DNA of 64,000 bases from NCBI GenBank assembly GCA_963667175.2, contig CAXXXF010000002.1:302195-366194 (forward strand), written 5' to 3'. Within the stretch, counting starts at the first letter, position 1, and each line of letters opens with the position of its first letter. The DNA comes from Candidatus Latescibacterota bacterium (GTDB lineage Bacteria > Latescibacterota > UBA2968 > GCA-2709665). Below, one piece after another: positions 61,295 through 64,000 of this stretch. The translations under genes were made by a program, and so were the position numbers. The notes under the pieces were generated by a model. The model was given only the letters and a program-made list of their open reading frames with translations. It was not told the origin of the DNA and ran no database searches.

Positions 61295-62404
61295 ATGCCC
61301 TACCCGCAGATCGACCACCGCGACGTCGTCCTCAGGCCGCTGGCGGAGAGAGCCAGCAGGTACTCGATCGACGAGATCATGGTCGACCCCGACGCGCCCG
61401 CGCCCGACCCCGGGGCGGTGGCGGACAGGCTCCGTCGCGTTGCCGAAGAAATCCACCACGCCAGGCGGCGGGGAGCTTCCGTGATGCTGGCATACGGCGC
61501 GCATCTGGTCAAGAACGGACTGGGGCCGGTGGTGACCCGCATGATGGAAACGGGCTGGATCACCCACTTGGCCACCAACGGCGCCGGCACGATTCACGAC
61601 TGGGAATACGCCTTCCAGGGGCGGTCGGAAGAGAACGTGCGGGCAAACGTCGCACAGGGATGTTTCGGCGCCTGGGAAGAAACCGGCCGCAATATTCATC
61701 TGGCTGTTCTCACCGGCGCGCTGAAGGGCATGGGGTACGGGGAATCCGTCGGGAAATTCATCGCCGAGAACGGTTGCGACGTTCCCGAGCGGAGCGACCT
61801 GGTCTCCGCGTTGCGACGCTGGTCCCGCGCACCCGCAGATTCGCCCTTGATGCCGGCGTACGCCGAACTGCTTCAGGTCGTCTCGCGATTTGACCTTCCG
61901 TCCGGGCGCTGCCAGGTCGAACATCCGTTCAGGGAGTCGTCCCTTACGGCGCACGCGTACCGGCTGGGTGTTCCGCTTACCGTTCACCCGGGCATCGGAT
62001 ACGATATCATCCACACCCACCACCTCGCCAACGGAGCTGCCGTCGGGCGAGGCGCGGATATCGACTTTCGGGTGTTCGCCCGGGGTGTCGTCGATCTGGA
62101 TGGTGGCGTGTTTCTCTCGGTTGGCTCGGCCGTGATGGCGCCGCAGGTCTTCGAAAAGGCCCTTTCGCTGGCCAACAACCTTCGAATTCAGAAACACAGG
62201 CGCGTCGTACGCCCGTTCATCGTTGTCAACGATCTGTCGCCTGTGACATGGGACTGGTCGAGAGGCGAACCCCCGAAGGAAAACCCGGCCTACTATCTCA
62301 GATTCTGCAAGTCCTTCAGCCGAATGGGCGGGGAGATGGTTTACGTCGACGGCGACAACCGGGTCTTCCTGCACAATCTCTACCGGATTCTTCGCGAGAC
62401 GTAG
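61295..62404 (+). CDS. Conserved hypothetical protein, deoxyhypusine-synthase-like fold
   Basis: GAHLVKNGLGP, THLATNGAGTIHDWE, HPGIGYDII and GSAVMAPQVFEKA resemble DHS-like NAD-binding proteins. Confidence 0.6.
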   Translation: MPYPQIDHRDVVLRPLAERASRYSIDEIMVDPDAPAPDPGAVADRLRRVAEEIHHARRRGASVMLAYGAHLVKNGLGPVVTRMMETGWITHLATNGAGTIHDWEYAFQGRSEENVRANVAQGCFGAWEETGRNIHLAVLTGALKGMGYGESVGKFIAENGCDVPERSDLVSALRRWSRAPADSPLMPAYAELLQVVSRFDLPSGRCQVEHPFRESSLTAHAYRLGVPLTVHPGIGYDIIHTHHLANGAAVGRGADIDFRVFARGVVDLDGGVFLSVGSAVMAPQVFEKALSLANNLRIQKHRRVVRPFIVVNDLSPVTWDWSRGEPPKENPAYYLRFCKSFSRMGGEMVYVDGDNRVFLHNLYRILRET

Positions 62405-62476
62405 CGGCCGGCCGAAGGCCGAGGGCCGAACCGGACCCGCCCCGCCGCGCCGCGAACGACTCAACGGAAAGACGCC

Positions 62477-63649
62477 ATGGCCGCCGTGTCCGAACGCGTT
62501 GTCCTCATCCACTACCACGAAATCGGTCTGAAGGGCCGGAACCGCGGCCGGTTCGAACAGCAACTGCTCACCAATATCGCCCGAGCGTTGAAAGGTCTGT
62601 CGCGCGGCGCCGTCCGCCGTCTTTCGGGCCGCATTGTCCTGGAACTCGCGCCGGACGCGGAGACCGGGGCCATCCGGGAGCGTCTTGCCGACGTGTTCGG
62701 GATCGCGAACTGTTCCGAAGCCGTTCGCGTTCCCAACGCCATCGAACACATACGGGTAGGGGCGTGGGACGTTGTCAGGCGCAAGGACTTCGGCTCGTTC
62801 AAGATCGCGGCCCGCCGCGGCGACAAGAGCTTTCCGCTCACGTCCGAGGAGATCAACCGCGACGTCGGCGCCCACGTCCAGACCCTCTCGCGGGCGCAGG
62901 TGAAGCTGGATGACCCTGACCTGACCTGCCACGTCGAAGTATCCTACCAGGGCGCCTTTATCTATACCGGGAAGACGCCCGGTCCCGGAGGTCTTCCCGT
63001 CGGCGCGAACGAGCGGGCCGTCAGTCTGCTTTCTTCCGGCATCGACTCGCCGGTCGCTTCATACAAGACGATGAAGCGCGGCGTGCGGCTGTCGTTCGTA
63101 CACTTTCACAGCCAGCCGTATACCAACCGAAGCTCGCAGCGCAATACCGAGGAGCTTGTGCGCGTGCTGACGCGGTACCAGTACCGATCCACGCTCTATC
63201 TGGTTCCATTCGTGGAGATCCAGCGGCGCGTGATGACCCACGCGCCGCCCGGGTACCGCGTGATCCTCTATCGCCGAGCCATGCTGCGCATCGCCGAAGC
63301 CATCGCCGAGCGGGAGGGCGCGCAGGCCCTCGTCACCGGCGAGAGCGTGGGTCAGGTCGCCTCGCAGACCCTGTCGAACATGCGCGCCATCGAGGAAGCG
63401 ACGGCGCTTCCCGTGCTGCGCCCGCTTTCCGGCGACAACAAAGAGGAAATCATCGATCTTGCCCTGCGCATCGGGACCTATGATATTTCAATTGAGCCCT
63501 ATGAAGACTGTTGCACGGTTTTCGTGCCCAAACACCCGGAGACACGCGCCGATCTGAACGTGGTCCATGAGATCGAACCGGAACTCGACCTGCCCCCGCT
63601 GATTGATCAGGCGCTGAAGTCGACGGACGTGATGACGGAAAAATTCTAA
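62477..63649 (+). CDS. thiI: tRNA 4-thiouridine synthase ThiI (no rhodanese domain)
   Basis: YHEIGLKGRNR, THUMP domain, SGIDSPVA, TGESVGQVASQT, RPL and EDCC motifs. Confidence 0.94.
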   Translation: MAAVSERVVLIHYHEIGLKGRNRGRFEQQLLTNIARALKGLSRGAVRRLSGRIVLELAPDAETGAIRERLADVFGIANCSEAVRVPNAIEHIRVGAWDVVRRKDFGSFKIAARRGDKSFPLTSEEINRDVGAHVQTLSRAQVKLDDPDLTCHVEVSYQGAFIYTGKTPGPGGLPVGANERAVSLLSSGIDSPVASYKTMKRGVRLSFVHFHSQPYTNRSSQRNTEELVRVLTRYQYRSTLYLVPFVEIQRRVMTHAPPGYRVILYRRAMLRIAEAIAEREGAQALVTGESVGQVASQTLSNMRAIEEATALPVLRPLSGDNKEEIIDLALRIGTYDISIEPYEDCCTVFVPKHPETRADLNVVHEIEPELDLPPLIDQALKSTDVMTEKF

Positions 63650-64000
63650 TCCTCCGGCGCGTCGCCCCGCATCCCGTCCGATGTCACCCCGAACCGTTCG
63701 AAAACGGCGTCCAGCAAGCGCCGGATCGCAGGTCCGAAATATCGCCCCTGCCGCCAGGCCACGCCAATCTCACGGCCGAATCGCACGCCCTTCACCGGCA
63801 CGGTCACCAGCGCCCCGGACGCCAGCGAATCCCGTACCGTGAGATGGGGCAGAAACGATATCCCAACGCCCGCCTCAACCAGTTTCCGCATGGCCTCGGG
63901 ACTCCGCATTTCCATCACCACCCCGGGTGACGCGCCCGCCTCCGCAAATCGCTCGTCCACGATCTTGCGGGAGACGGAATCGGCGTGAAACAGAATCAAC
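63646..64000 (-). CDS. LysR-family regulator, C-terminal substrate-binding part (runs off the window)
   Basis: EMRSPEAMRKLVEAGVGISFLP and REIGVAWR motifs. Confidence 0.8.
   Translation of the reverse strand, partial: LILFHADSVSRKIVDERFAEAGASPGVVMEMRSPEAMRKLVEAGVGISFLPHLTVRDSLASGALVTVPVKGVRFGREIGVAWRQGRYFGPAIRRLLDAVFERFGVTSDGMRGDAPED

Overview
High-GC bacterial chromosomal window. The dockerin-like EF-hand domain and gene content tentatively suggest an FCB-superphylum organism such as a Latescibacterota/Gemmatimonadota-like one; this is inference only. Most of it is housekeeping or catabolic: ubiX/ubiA-type prenyltransferases, a minus-strand catabolic cluster (BNR-amidase fusion, C45 peptidase, atypical sulfatase), manA, glnS-prs-add, tRNA-Gln, gltX, two tRNA-Ser, nnr, a split carB with pyrK/pyrD, rlpA, an S1 protein, arfB, an RND pump, His6-type hisA, thiL, copA, an amidase and thiI. 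The standout region is about 46.4-59.1 kb. A phage-shock-like cluster (pspA, PspB-like and small membrane genes, ECF sigma, NfeD-like, flotillin) ends in a soluble TPR histidine kinase and a receiver-domain-fused PspF-like sigma54 activator. It is followed by an AT-richer block with a large unknown protein, a 60-aa NQLNPNN protein, a prokaryotic viperin and a CMPK2-like kinase interrupted by an in-frame TAA. Both pspA and the small-gene/viperin unit are preceded by a sigma54 -24/-12 element and a pair of similar PspF-type upstream sites, which suggests an inducible antiviral viperin response wired into a Psp-type two-component circuit. All calls come from motif recognition by eye; no searches were run.
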